The notes under the pieces were generated by a model. It was not told where the DNA came from. It did not search any database and saw only the letters and a program-made list of their open reading frames with translations. Positions 25,722 to 34,929 of a stretch of DNA of 40,354 bases are shown in pieces (the stretch's first letter is position 1; the number at the start of each line of letters is the position of its first letter). The translations under genes and the position numbers were made by a program. The DNA lies in the IMG/VR virus record IMGVR_UViG_3300000756_000020, positions 1 to 40,354 of that record; one strand, written 5' to 3'. Source of the stretch: a virus. Taxonomy: Duplodnaviria > Caudoviricetes.

Positions 25722-26777
25722 ATGTCAAGTTACAACGAACCGGCAGCTGTTGGGTCTCCCAGCGGTACCGGAGCAGAAGCAGTAGCAATTGCTGCACAAA
25801 CAGCTGGAGTTAACAACAACGGTAATGCTACCGACTCCGCAGGAAATTTACGCGTCGATTTCGTATGGGGATCACGCCCAGCCCTACCAAATGATGAACG
25901 TGCTGATGGAACTCCAGCAGCAACAGTTGCATACGGTGCAGCACAAAATGCACAGTGGACAACTACAACTACAGTACCTAGTGCACGCTTAAATGCAGCA
26001 CTTGGAAATCACTCAGACATTGAAGCTGAGTGGGCTAATTTTCCAGGATACATCGAAGCAGCAGGTAACTATATGATTACCGCAGCTTCAGGTAACGGAA
26101 CAACTGTTACCTACACATCACAAAATAAACTTGCTGCAGGAGATGTTGTAAACATCACTGGTCTTACAGCTTCAGCTTACAATCTTTCAGCAGCAACTGT
26201 TGCTACAGCTAACAAGCTTGGTTTCACAGTAACTAACGCAGCTAACGCTGGTGAAATTACGGGACAGTGGTACGGAAAAGTTCAGTCAACAACAGCAGCT
26301 TCAGCAGCTGATGGTGCAGGCCTTGGTTACATCGTAGTACCTTCAGTAGTTGGTAAGACAACTGCTCTTGCTCTTGATGCGCTTAAGGATGCTGGTTACG
26401 AAGCAGCTTCAATCACTACAGCTACAGCAGCTACAAACGCAGCTTCAACAATTACAGCAGTTGCACGTACTGGAACAACAGCAACAATCACCTCAACAGG
26501 TGCTGGTGCTAAGTACCCAGTAGGTACACAGATTACAGTTGCAAGCCTTGCGTCACCAGATACAGCGCTCAACGGTACATTCACAGTTACAGCAGTTGCT
26601 ACAAATACTGTCTCTTACACAACCACAACTACAGGAACACTATCAACAGGATCACTTTCTGTTGCTGGTTTGACAGGCGTTGCTGGAACAATCAAGACTC
26701 AGTCAACAGCGGCTGGAACAGCCTCAGTTGCTACAACAGCTACAATTACAGTTACACCGTTTGCGACAGCCTCATAA
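25722..26777 (+). CDS. Ala/Thr-rich putative virion surface protein with split PASTA-like domain
   Basis: VVPSVVGKTTALALDALKDAG and GTIKTQSTAAGT...ITVT; two related beta-rich repeats; strongly biased codons. Confidence 0.6.
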   Translation: MSSYNEPAAVGSPSGTGAEAVAIAAQTAGVNNNGNATDSAGNLRVDFVWGSRPALPNDERADGTPAATVAYGAAQNAQWTTTTTVPSARLNAALGNHSDIEAEWANFPGYIEAAGNYMITAASGNGTTVTYTSQNKLAAGDVVNITGLTASAYNLSAATVATANKLGFTVTNAANAGEITGQWYGKVQSTTAASAADGAGLGYIVVPSVVGKTTALALDALKDAGYEAASITTATAATNAASTITAVARTGTTATITSTGAGAKYPVGTQITVASLASPDTALNGTFTVTAVATNTVSYTTTTTGTLSTGSLSVAGLTGVAGTIKTQSTAAGTASVATTATITVTPFATAS

Positions 26778-26797
26778 GCTTCTCAACACAAACAAAT

Positions 26798-26826
26798 GGC
26801 CGGGAGTTAACGCTCCCGGCTTTTTG
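26798..26826 (+). terminator. intrinsic terminator
   Basis: GCCGGGAG-TTAACG-CTCCCGGC followed by TTTTT. Confidence 0.85.
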
Positions 26827-26847
26827 CTTTAGTGAGACAATATACCT

Positions 26848-27108
26848 ATGACACACATTAGCAGAGAGCATCATCAATTTGCCCTAGGTAGTCGAGGCAC
26901 GGCTACCGTAGGTAGATTGGGAGGCGGGTTCCAAGTGCCCGCTATAGGTTGGGCGCCGTACATGTATGGCCTAGGATATTATGGCGGAGGATCTTATGGC
27001 GGATCTAATACTGGTTCAACATCTAATCAAGGAACGGATAACGATGACACAGCTAGCGGAAATGAATCAACTGGTGGAGAATCAGGGGATGGGTCTGGTT
27101 CAATGTGA
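26848..27108 (+). CDS. Gly/Ser-rich hypothetical protein
   Basis: 86 aa; leaderless-type promoter upstream. Confidence 0.55.
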   Translation: MTHISREHHQFALGSRGTATVGRLGGGFQVPAIGWAPYMYGLGYYGGGSYGGSNTGSTSNQGTDNDDTASGNESTGGESGDGSGSM

Positions 27109-27250
27109 TTCTTGTTCTGCAAAGGCAATATACGAGGTTATTCTCCCATATGGGGATTTAGCCTTCTGCGGACATCATTATAATAAAAATACTGTTGCGC
27201 TTACAAATCAAGGCGGTATTGCTAAAATTCTTTCCATAGACACGGAATAG
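27044..27250 (+). CDS. small zinc-finger protein (CxxC...FCxHH)
   Basis: CDSCSAKA...LAFCGHHY; start uncertain. Confidence 0.65.
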   Translation: MTQLAEMNQLVENQGMGLVQCDSCSAKAIYEVILPYGDLAFCGHHYNKNTVALTNQGGIAKILSIDTE

Positions 27251-28093
27251 GTGGTAATCTCAATGTCCAATTTTCTTACCGGCGGACAAAGCTTTGTTCA
27301 AGCAAGAAATAACCGCGGTAGCGGTGGCATGGGTGGATTAGCAAATCTTGGAAGATGGGCCGGTCAAGTAGCAACACAGAAGTTTTTAATCTCTCACCGT
27401 GCAGACGAACAAATTAGAGTACAAGAAAAAGGAAACGAAAGCCGAGCTAAATGGGGCGTTGTAGGTAACGTAGCCAACGGTCAATTCTTGCGCCAAGAAA
27501 CTCTTGATTCTCATGATGATTATACTAAAAAATACGATGACAATCATCCAGATGTTGTAAGTGGAAAAGTTAAAAAAATTAAAGATGAAAACGGTAATGA
27601 AACTTACCCATACTTACGTCCAGAGTTGGCTAAGCAATACATGGAGGGCGGACTGCAAGAAGCAAAAAAAGGCGGCATGACTTTAGGTCCAGTTGCTGGC
27701 CTAAGAGCGACCCAAAACGTTACTGATCGTGATAGAGAACTTTGGGAAAATAGACTTAAGAATAAAAATGACGGCAATAAAACTAAAACTAAAGTACCTA
27801 AGCCCACATTTCAACCAGGACCTATAACTAAAGGTGAAGGTGGTAACCCACTTCTTACTCAACCTAAAGATGGTGAGTTCCAAGGATACACCCCACGCAA
27901 AACTGGTGCGGGCGGCTATGACGAAGCATTAAAGTCTGGCAATATTGATCAAGATACATATAATTCATATATGGAAGAAGGACAAAAACCAGGCAAAGAT
28001 TACATGCCTAAACAAGCATCTCATTCTATAGATGCTCTTGTAAAATCTAGAACAGATAACCTCAACGATGGAAATGATGACGGTAAAAAATAA
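27251..28093 (+). CDS. hypothetical protein
   Basis: 280-aa ORF; true start may be the ATG at 27263. Confidence 0.75.
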   Translation: MVISMSNFLTGGQSFVQARNNRGSGGMGGLANLGRWAGQVATQKFLISHRADEQIRVQEKGNESRAKWGVVGNVANGQFLRQETLDSHDDYTKKYDDNHPDVVSGKVKKIKDENGNETYPYLRPELAKQYMEGGLQEAKKGGMTLGPVAGLRATQNVTDRDRELWENRLKNKNDGNKTKTKVPKPTFQPGPITKGEGGNPLLTQPKDGEFQGYTPRKTGAGGYDEALKSGNIDQDTYNSYMEEGQKPGKDYMPKQASHSIDALVKSRTDNLNDGNDDGKK

Positions 28094-31000
28094 TGGCTGG
28101 ACAATGGGATAAATACTTACAGCAGAATATTATTGATGAAGCTCAAGAAACAGGCGTTATAGAACCAGCTACTAACACACGTGGCGCTTATGTCCCTGTC
28201 GGAGCTACGAGCTACCTTGCTGGCGCAGAAGTACCTGAAGGCAACCCAAACGAAATAATTAAGAACCGTAGAAAAGGTAAGGTTGTTAAAAGAAATCTTC
28301 GTCAGCAACTTGATGCAAGTTTTGGCCTTCCAGCAAAACCAACTCCACCATCTTCAGATTTAATACAGCCTACCCTTGAGCGTCAAGCCCGTGTAGAACA
28401 ATCAAAAATTGAAGGAACTGCAACTGCTGCTAAAGGCAGATCTGATAGAAAAGTTGGTGCGGAAAAGCGCCGTAAAGAAGTTGCCGCAGACATATCAACA
28501 ACTACTATGCGCATGATTAATGGCGTAGCGTTTGATACCGACTACGGTAAGCCAACATCAAACTTGTTATCTAAGGGCTATGTAAAGCCAACAGGGGTAG
28601 ACCCAGAGTTTAAACCATCTCCAACAAGCACTGGTTTTGATCCCGGCCCTGCCTATGCACTTCGAGATGCTGATTATGTATCTGATGAGCAAAAAACATG
28701 GCAAACACGTCACGATATGCTTTCTGGTGAAAATGCGTTTAATAAATCACAGGAAAAATCTGGAGGCAATCTTCGTTCAGTAAACGGAATTACATATGAC
28801 ACCACAGACTTAAATGCACTGAGAGAAACAGCTCTTGCGGCTGGACCTGGCAGCTTTCCAGATAAGTGGAGAGCATATGAAAAAGAAGGCGATATTGTTG
28901 ATTCTATTACAAGCGGCTCAGCTAAATTTGTAGACTCTACAGGCAAGAAAAATATTAAAAAGGATACAAAAAATGCACAGGCAAACGGAGTCACTGAAAC
29001 TTCAGTTATTCCAAAATTACCTGAAAAGCCACCCGTAGATCCAGCAAATCAAGATAACTATCGACCATCGTCTATTGTTCCTACAGCACCTCAACTAGAA
29101 GGACTTGGAAATACAGGGGCTGTAGAAAACAGAGATGTAGATAACTATGCTGCTAGCACTAAAGAAGGAACGTTTAAACAAACAAAATCAGAAAACGTAG
29201 ATGTAACAGCAAAAGTAAAACCTGTAGTAGAAAAAGAACCTTTTACAATTGCTGGAAAAAATGACGTTGATACAGATGTAGACGAAGACCTTAGAGCAGC
29301 TGGTGCAGCTGATCTTGCAAAGACACGTTCTGAAAAAGGTCAGCGCAATCCTAAGGCCGCTAAAGTAGATAGCCGCACAGTTCCATTTGATCAACAAGAT
29401 CTTTGGGATAAAGAAGGCAATGTAAGGCCTGAGTACCAAGAAGGTCCTTCAAGCACAACTATGGTTGCAAAAAAGAACTGGGATATTCAACCAATCTACA
29501 AGAGTCCTGAACTTCAAGCTAAGCATGAAAAGCGCCAAAAGTATGCTGACTCAGTAAATAACACTATTGAAACTGAAAGCTTAAAGCATTTAGATACAGA
29601 ATATGCATCTGGGGATGAAAGTAAAGCAGCTTTTGCAAGAATGCAGAAGCGACATGCTAAGCTTCGTTCTGGTGTGGATAAGTACCATCCAGTGCCTGCA
29701 GGTGGATATTTTAACGAAAACGTAGATAAAGACACATCTTCTGAGTCATATGAAGAAATGCCTGGAGTTAAGATCCAACCTAGCCCACAACCACAAATTG
29801 CTAAAGATGATTCAGCTGTAGTTCCAGAACGTTTGATGAATAAGCCTGAAGAAGCCTCAGACGCACAACTTGCTGCAGATGACAGAAGGTTACGAAACAA
29901 TCGTACAGCTGTAACTGGAACACGTCAGTTAACTTTTAACAATATTTCTGCTCGCCCAACAAATGGAAGAACTAGAGAACAAGAACTAGTTGATCTATCT
30001 CAGGCTGCTGCACGAAATCAAAAGCTTGAGGAGTCAGGAAAGAGACTTCAGACCCACTCACCTGAGGTTATGTTACGCGCACGTATTTCCGCAGATAATG
30101 CTGGAGTTTCACCATCAGTTTACAATAGTCCAACTTTCCATCAACATCCTGAAGGACGTATTCACGTTCGTGATGCATATATTCGACATACGGCAACAAT
30201 TGGGGATGATGCAGAGGCACAAGCAAATATGGACAAGTATGCTAGCGGCAACGCAAATGTAGCTGATAGCCGTAAAGAAGCCGCATATAGCTTTATGCAA
30301 AATCGTGAACGCTTTGAAAATTCTAAAGAACCTGGCACAGGTTACCGTTATAATGCCGCCCTAGGAAATCTTGACATTAAGACTGATAAGTTCAGGGCAT
30401 CTAATGGTGAGGCTATCCCTTTCAGCCAAACAGATCATCCTGAGCACCCAGGTTTTGATTTAGAAGGCAGCCATGTAGGATTTAAAGGTTCTGTACCAGT
30501 AGGTGAAAATGAAGACGGTACAACTAAGTATGCAGAATTAAAACATCCTCTAACAGGAGATGATATACATGAAGGCTTTCACCCATACAATACCCATGAG
30601 GGACGTGTATTTGAAAAGCACAGTATTCCTGAAAATGCGATTCACCATGCAGATATTATTGAACAGGGCCTACAAACTGGTGAGTCACCAGTTGCGTCTC
30701 TTCGTAAGTTAATACAAGGAAAAGAATCATCAATTACTGCAAATGGTCTTGCAATCAACAAGCAACCAGCTGCACCTATCAAGGGTGCTGGAGGATTTGA
30801 TCCAAAGCCCCTACCTGCCGGTCCAGATTTCTCTGGAGTACCTATGTCACAAGGCGATCCTGTGCCAAACCCACTTTACGGAGAACATAAGAAACAATAT
30901 CGTCGAGCTGCTGCACACGAAAGACATGAAGAAACCGGAACTATTGCAAGCGGCTGTAGAGCATGTTCAAAAAAGGCATCTCAAGCTTCTCGTGACGAAC

Positions 31001-31380
31001 ACGCAAAGATTGCGGGAACATTTATTCCTCCTAAACCGCGTAGCGGACGTGTTGGTACTGGTGCACCTGTTACTGATGGCGAACTGCCTACACGCCCAAT
31101 TACCAAAGCTGAAAAGGCCAATAAGGCAAAGATCCCTTCAACGGATGATTCTAAGTCTAAAGTATTTTTAAATGGTCCAGTAGCAGATGATACTTCAACT
31201 CTTTCAGAGCGTATGAATGTAGGACCAAAACCTGAATTCCACTACGGACACGGAAGCCTAGAAGACATATCTGCTGCACATGCCGGCGGTCATATTACCG
31301 GTGACGAAGCTTACGAGCTATCTGCTAATGCTGGAGTTCTACCAGGAATTAAACCTAAGTTTACAAAAGATCCAGAGTAA
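28093..31380 (+). CDS. large hydrophilic, probably largely disordered protein
   Basis: 1095 aa; rich in P/K/E/D/S/T; no recognisable motif. Confidence 0.8.
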   Translation: MAGQWDKYLQQNIIDEAQETGVIEPATNTRGAYVPVGATSYLAGAEVPEGNPNEIIKNRRKGKVVKRNLRQQLDASFGLPAKPTPPSSDLIQPTLERQARVEQSKIEGTATAAKGRSDRKVGAEKRRKEVAADISTTTMRMINGVAFDTDYGKPTSNLLSKGYVKPTGVDPEFKPSPTSTGFDPGPAYALRDADYVSDEQKTWQTRHDMLSGENAFNKSQEKSGGNLRSVNGITYDTTDLNALRETALAAGPGSFPDKWRAYEKEGDIVDSITSGSAKFVDSTGKKNIKKDTKNAQANGVTETSVIPKLPEKPPVDPANQDNYRPSSIVPTAPQLEGLGNTGAVENRDVDNYAASTKEGTFKQTKSENVDVTAKVKPVVEKEPFTIAGKNDVDTDVDEDLRAAGAADLAKTRSEKGQRNPKAAKVDSRTVPFDQQDLWDKEGNVRPEYQEGPSSTTMVAKKNWDIQPIYKSPELQAKHEKRQKYADSVNNTIETESLKHLDTEYASGDESKAAFARMQKRHAKLRSGVDKYHPVPAGGYFNENVDKDTSSESYEEMPGVKIQPSPQPQIAKDDSAVVPERLMNKPEEASDAQLAADDRRLRNNRTAVTGTRQLTFNNISARPTNGRTREQELVDLSQAAARNQKLEESGKRLQTHSPEVMLRARISADNAGVSPSVYNSPTFHQHPEGRIHVRDAYIRHTATIGDDAEAQANMDKYASGNANVADSRKEAAYSFMQNRERFENSKEPGTGYRYNAALGNLDIKTDKFRASNGEAIPFSQTDHPEHPGFDLEGSHVGFKGSVPVGENEDGTTKYAELKHPLTGDDIHEGFHPYNTHEGRVFEKHSIPENAIHHADIIEQGLQTGESPVASLRKLIQGKESSITANGLAINKQPAAPIKGAGGFDPKPLPAGPDFSGVPMSQGDPVPNPLYGEHKKQYRRAAAHERHEETGTIASGCRACSKKASQASRDEHAKIAGTFIPPKPRSGRVGTGAPVTDGELPTRPITKAEKANKAKIPSTDDSKSKVFLNGPVADDTSTLSERMNVGPKPEFHYGHGSLEDISAAHAGGHITGDEAYELSANAGVLPGIKPKFTKDPE

Positions 31381-31382
31381 CC

Positions 31383-31562
31383 ATGGCTAGGAATGACGCA
31401 TTCATTGCTAAACCTGACCGTGTACTTTTACCAAAAAACTTACGGTATAACGCCCATGAGTACGCTGATTGGGCTCACGGCTTAGAACCTGACCAAGGTG
31501 GCGATAACGCCATTACAACACAAAGATATGGTCGTGGTGCTAGCGGAGAGTCTAGTACGTAA
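31383..31562 (+). CDS. 59-aa hypothetical protein (not in ORF track)
   Basis: MARNDAFIAKPDRV...GESST; TAATG coupling. Confidence 0.65.
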   Translation: MARNDAFIAKPDRVLLPKNLRYNAHEYADWAHGLEPDQGGDNAITTQRYGRGASGESST

Positions 31563-31840
31563 TGGGTCGCAACCGTAAAGAACTTTACTTTGGTTCCAGA
31601 AGCGGAAACGGATCACCACGCATACGTATGTCTGTCTCTGATAGAAGCTCTAAGTCAGCACGTCCGTGGAACCACCCAGATGTAGTAAAGGCGTCTACTT
31701 CTTACGGTGTTACGCTTTCTAGCTATAAACAAGTACATATGCACGAAAATACTTTGCAAGATCAAGGATCCTTAGAAGATAGCGACCGGTTTACCTGTAG
31801 AGATTGTGGTAAGCTTAGGTCAGAACATGAGGAGCACTAA
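31562..31840 (+). CDS. hypothetical protein with C-terminal CxxC...H
   Basis: 92 aa; coupled at both ends. Confidence 0.7.
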   Translation: MGRNRKELYFGSRSGNGSPRIRMSVSDRSSKSARPWNHPDVVKASTSYGVTLSSYKQVHMHENTLQDQGSLEDSDRFTCRDCGKLRSEHEEH

Positions 31841-32097
31841 TGGCTAAATCACCAGCATGGCAACGTAAAGAAGGCAAGAACCCAGAAGGCGGATTAAACG
31901 CTAAGGGTCGAGCTTCTGCTAAGGCGCAAGGTCACAACCTTAAACCACCTGTGTCAGCTAAAGAAGCAAAGAAATCACCTAAGTCTGCAGCACGACGTAA
32001 ATCTTTCTGTGCACGTATGGGTGGTATGCCTGGCCCAATGGAAAAGAATGGCAAGCCAACACGTAAAGCGTTAGCTCTACGAAAGTGGGACTGCTAA
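31840..32097 (+). CDS. conserved basic phage protein
   Basis: MAKSPAWQRKEGKNPEGGLNAKGRAS...RRKSFCARM...ALRKWDC, a pattern I recall from aquatic phages. Confidence 0.8.
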   Translation: MAKSPAWQRKEGKNPEGGLNAKGRASAKAQGHNLKPPVSAKEAKKSPKSAARRKSFCARMGGMPGPMEKNGKPTRKALALRKWDC

Positions 32098-32258
32098 TGG
32101 CTAAAAAAGAAGTTTGGGATACACCAGACCCAAGTAAAAAAGATAAGAAGCTTTCTACTAAGAAGAAGTCTGCAGCTAAGGCACGTGCCAAAGCTGCAGG
32201 TCGCCCTTACCCTAATCTAGTAGACAATATGGCTGCCGCAAAGAAAAAAGGCAAGTAA
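32097..32258 (+). CDS. 53-aa Lys/Ala-rich protein (not in ORF track)
   Basis: MAKKEVWDTPDP...AKARAKAAGRPYPNLVDNMAAAKKKGK. Confidence 0.75.
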   Translation: MAKKEVWDTPDPSKKDKKLSTKKKSAAKARAKAAGRPYPNLVDNMAAAKKKGK

Positions 32259-32548
32259 TGGCTGAGACAAAGAAGTTTGGTCCGTATAAGGGCTCTAAAG
32301 AGAACGGTGGGCGTCCTATCTATGTCTATAAGACAAAAGGTAAAGATGGCAAATGGCACACCACTTCTAAGAACAAAGCTCGCGCAGATTATGAAGACAA
32401 GCACGGAAAGTTATCTAAAGATACTGACGTAGATCACAAAGACAATGGTGGCCGTAAGGGTCACGACAAAATGTCTAACCTACAAGCTATGAGTCATTCT
32501 AAAAACGTAGGTAAAGAAAACAAGCGTAGAGCTGGGAAGAAGAAATAA
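32258..32548 (+). CDS. HNH-like endonuclease
   Basis: DVDHKDNGG...SNLQAMSHSKN. Confidence 0.65.
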   Translation: MAETKKFGPYKGSKENGGRPIYVYKTKGKDGKWHTTSKNKARADYEDKHGKLSKDTDVDHKDNGGRKGHDKMSNLQAMSHSKNVGKENKRRAGKKK

Positions 32549-32691
32549 TGGGACAGTTTGATACGTTCATTCCTCAAATAGGACTACCTACAGAAGGTAA
32601 TCGGGCATCTGGTGAAAGCGTAGTTGTTAAGAAACCTAAAATTAAAGCAGCGGCTGCCGGAAGTCCTCCACCTAAACCACCAAAAAAATAA
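32548..32691 (+). CDS. 47-aa basic protein (not in ORF track)
   Basis: MGQFDTFIPQ...SPPPKPPKK; TAATG coupling. Confidence 0.55.
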   Translation: MGQFDTFIPQIGLPTEGNRASGESVVVKKPKIKAAAAGSPPPKPPKK

Positions 32692-32693
32692 TT

Positions 32694-33347
32694 ATGGCAG
32701 ACTTTAACGATTCCGATCTTTTTCCTAAACAACAAACAAAAGAAGTTGTTAAAACTCCACCTAAGTTTTTAGGTATGCCCTTACCTTCACATCTTGGCCC
32801 ACAGTTCATACGTGTATACAGAGGGCTTCATGCAAGCCACCTCGGTGACCAAAGCATGGAAAGCTTAGACTTAGAAGATGTGGGCGGTCACTGGAGCCGG
32901 GATAGAGACGTAGCTATGGGAATGGCATCAGGAAATGCAACAAGAGATTTTCATGGAAAAACGTATCTTGACTCAACTTCTACTAGAAACAAAGGTTTAC
33001 ATGCCTTATTAGTAGAAGGATATGTACATAAAGATGATAAAGAAACAGACCAAGATATTTTAAAAGAAGCAGATGTTTATGATGAAGATAATCATGAAAA
33101 AGAGTTTCCTGTAAAAGCCGGTGGAAAGGTACATATAACTAAAGTATCTAAATACAAAATACATCCCCGTGCATTGCCAGTAGAAGGAGGTACCGAAGAT
33201 GCCGTTTCTCAGCCAGAGTTTAAAGAAAGCCAAGAATTTGACAGCCCTTTAGAAGTAACTCCAAAACCTCTGGACAGAGTTGGATACGTTGGAAGAAAAA
33301 TAAAAGCAGGAAGATTAGCAAATTTTAAGACGACAGGGCATAGGTAG
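32694..33347 (+). CDS. ADP-ribosyltransferase-like protein (R-S-E type)
   Basis: RVYRGL, HWSRDRDVA and HEKEF in the canonical order. Confidence 0.6.
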   Translation: MADFNDSDLFPKQQTKEVVKTPPKFLGMPLPSHLGPQFIRVYRGLHASHLGDQSMESLDLEDVGGHWSRDRDVAMGMASGNATRDFHGKTYLDSTSTRNKGLHALLVEGYVHKDDKETDQDILKEADVYDEDNHEKEFPVKAGGKVHITKVSKYKIHPRALPVEGGTEDAVSQPEFKESQEFDSPLEVTPKPLDRVGYVGRKIKAGRLANFKTTGHR

Positions 33348-33351
33348 GTAA

Positions 33352-33380
33352 TAAAAAAGGCCCCTCTCGGGGCCTTTTCT
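33352..33380. terminator. bidirectional intrinsic terminator
   Basis: AAAAAAGGCCCC-TCTC-GGGGCCTTTT between convergent genes. Confidence 0.85.
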
Positions 33381-33382
33381 AT

Positions 33383-33931
33383 TTACTTAGGAAAGTCATC
33401 AAACCAGTCAGTAACTGCTGATTCAGAACTTGTACCGTCATATGCATTAGGTCCTAGACCCCAAGACGCAAAGTCTTTTCCACGACCTGTCATGTAAAAG
33501 GCTGCTTGTGCGTTTGTAACTGGGTCTAATAGTTCAGCATTAGATTTAATACCAAATTTTTCTCTTCGATCTTCTCCTAGGCTACCCAGCATATTTATCT
33601 GGAATAGTCCATAGGAGTTATCTCCTGTTGAAGACATCTTATTGTGGGAACCTGAGTTGCCTCTGGACTCTCGCATAACTACTGCCCAAGCTAGCTTTAG
33701 GGAGTAACCCTTAAAACCAACCTGTTCAAGCATGTCTGCTAGGTCCGTAGGACTAAACTTAGTCATTTCCCGATACTTATCTAGAGGATCAACTATAACT
33801 TCGATAGTGCTCACAGTGGGCGTATCAACCCGGTTGTAGACCGCGTAGGCCTGATTTGTCGTAACTATGAGTAGCATTGCTGCCATCAAAGTAACCTTTA
33901 TTTTTACAATTGTTTCTTCATTAATAATCAC
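33383..33931 (-). CDS. exported lysozyme-like / SLT transglycosylase
   Basis: N-terminal hydrophobic signal ending AYA; VVMRESRG catalytic Glu; SYGLFQIN; LLDPVTNAQAA. GTG start after AGGAG. Confidence 0.85.
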   Translation of the reverse strand: MIINEETIVKIKVTLMAAMLLIVTTNQAYAVYNRVDTPTVSTIEVIVDPLDKYREMTKFSPTDLADMLEQVGFKGYSLKLAWAVVMRESRGNSGSHNKMSSTGDNSYGLFQINMLGSLGEDRREKFGIKSNAELLDPVTNAQAAFYMTGRGKDFASWGLGPNAYDGTSSESAVTDWFDDFPK

Positions 33932-34070
33932 ACTATCTCCTAGGCTAGAAAGCCAACCCGAACCTTTGACTGCCTGTCACCCAGTCTAGGGTAGCTCGGC
34001 GTCTGTCTGCCAAGCTAGTTGCAACTCTTTTGTTACGTAGTTAGTGTTGAGGTTTGACCCTCTATATACA

Positions 34071-34100
34071 ATCTTACCAGTAAATACAGGGTTGATGCAA
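34071..34100 (-). promoter_or_regulatory. SigA-type promoter for the SLT gene
   Basis: Minus strand TTGCAT-18 nt-TAAGAT with a TGG extended -10. Confidence 0.55.
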
Positions 34101-34149
34101 CACGGAACAAGATATAAGATATGATAAGACCTTCGAAAGGACCATAAAT

Positions 34150-34374
34150 ATGGCATTATGCATAAATTGTTACAATAAATCTACCTATATTGTAGAAAAT
34201 TTAGGTACTCCTACACAAACTTTCTGTGACGAACATCTCCCTAAGTTTTACCATAAAAATAGACTTCCTTACAATGTTAGGCCTATTGAAGAAGATGTTG
34301 TTGAAGAGGTTGTTGTAGAAAAGCTTAAGCCCGCCAGAAAGAAAAAATCTACGGCACCAGCTGAGTCAGCTTAA
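34150..34374 (+). CDS. small CxxC...CxxH protein
   Basis: 74 aa; GAAAGGA RBS. Confidence 0.7.
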   Translation: MALCINCYNKSTYIVENLGTPTQTFCDEHLPKFYHKNRLPYNVRPIEEDVVEEVVVEKLKPARKKKSTAPAESA

Positions 34375-34376
34375 TA

Positions 34377-34655
34377 ATGAGAGTAACGAGGGTAATAACA
34401 AAGCAGGGGCACCCAATCCCCTCATCAGCGTATTCAGCTCGTGGGCCATTTCCACCAGAGCTTTTTGTAGCCACAGAGATTATTTCTGACTACACACCAA
34501 TTGATGCAGACGTACCTATTGGTGGTACAGCTCAGAATAACTTTACTGCTCCAAAGCTGTTCAAGTGTTCTGTCTGTTCTATGCTAGTATTAGAACAAGA
34601 AATTCCAAACCATGTTTGCCCGGAGGCGGAGGAAGACAGTGGCCAAGACACGTGA
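34377..34655 (+). CDS. hypothetical protein with C-terminal zinc finger
   Basis: CSVC...HVC. Confidence 0.7.
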   Translation: MRVTRVITKQGHPIPSSAYSARGPFPPELFVATEIISDYTPIDADVPIGGTAQNNFTAPKLFKCSVCSMLVLEQEIPNHVCPEAEEDSGQDT

Positions 34656-34929
34656 TGTAGGTAAGTTCTACTGGCATCCCATGACTTATCCAGTAAAACC
34701 ACCAGTCCTAGTAGAAAAAGCAAACACTCAAGAAATTGATGAGCCTTACCGCTTTGGTATAGGAATATGCATAAGGTTTCCGTTTACAAGAAAATCTTTG
34801 GTTGTAGGTAAGTGGATTAAATCGTATACCGAGAGTCAAGCATTAACTAATGCAGTGGCCGGACGGCCGTTAAAGCAAGATGAAGTTGATTGGGATCTTA
34901 TTAGAGATGGGGCGGAAAATGATATTTAA
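34639..34929 (+). CDS. hypothetical protein
   Basis: Probable GTG start (VAKTRDVG) after GGAGG. Confidence 0.65.
   Translation: MAKTRDVGKFYWHPMTYPVKPPVLVEKANTQEIDEPYRFGIGICIRFPFTRKSLVVGKWIKSYTESQALTNAVAGRPLKQDEVDWDLIRDGAENDI

Noticed and set aside
33935-34065. c-di-AMP (ydaO) riboswitch upstream of the SLT gene
   Set aside because: The conserved GCUGAAUCC / GGAACGGGGG / GUCAGCUAAC segments are absent on the coding strand; CCCGAACC occurs only antisense.
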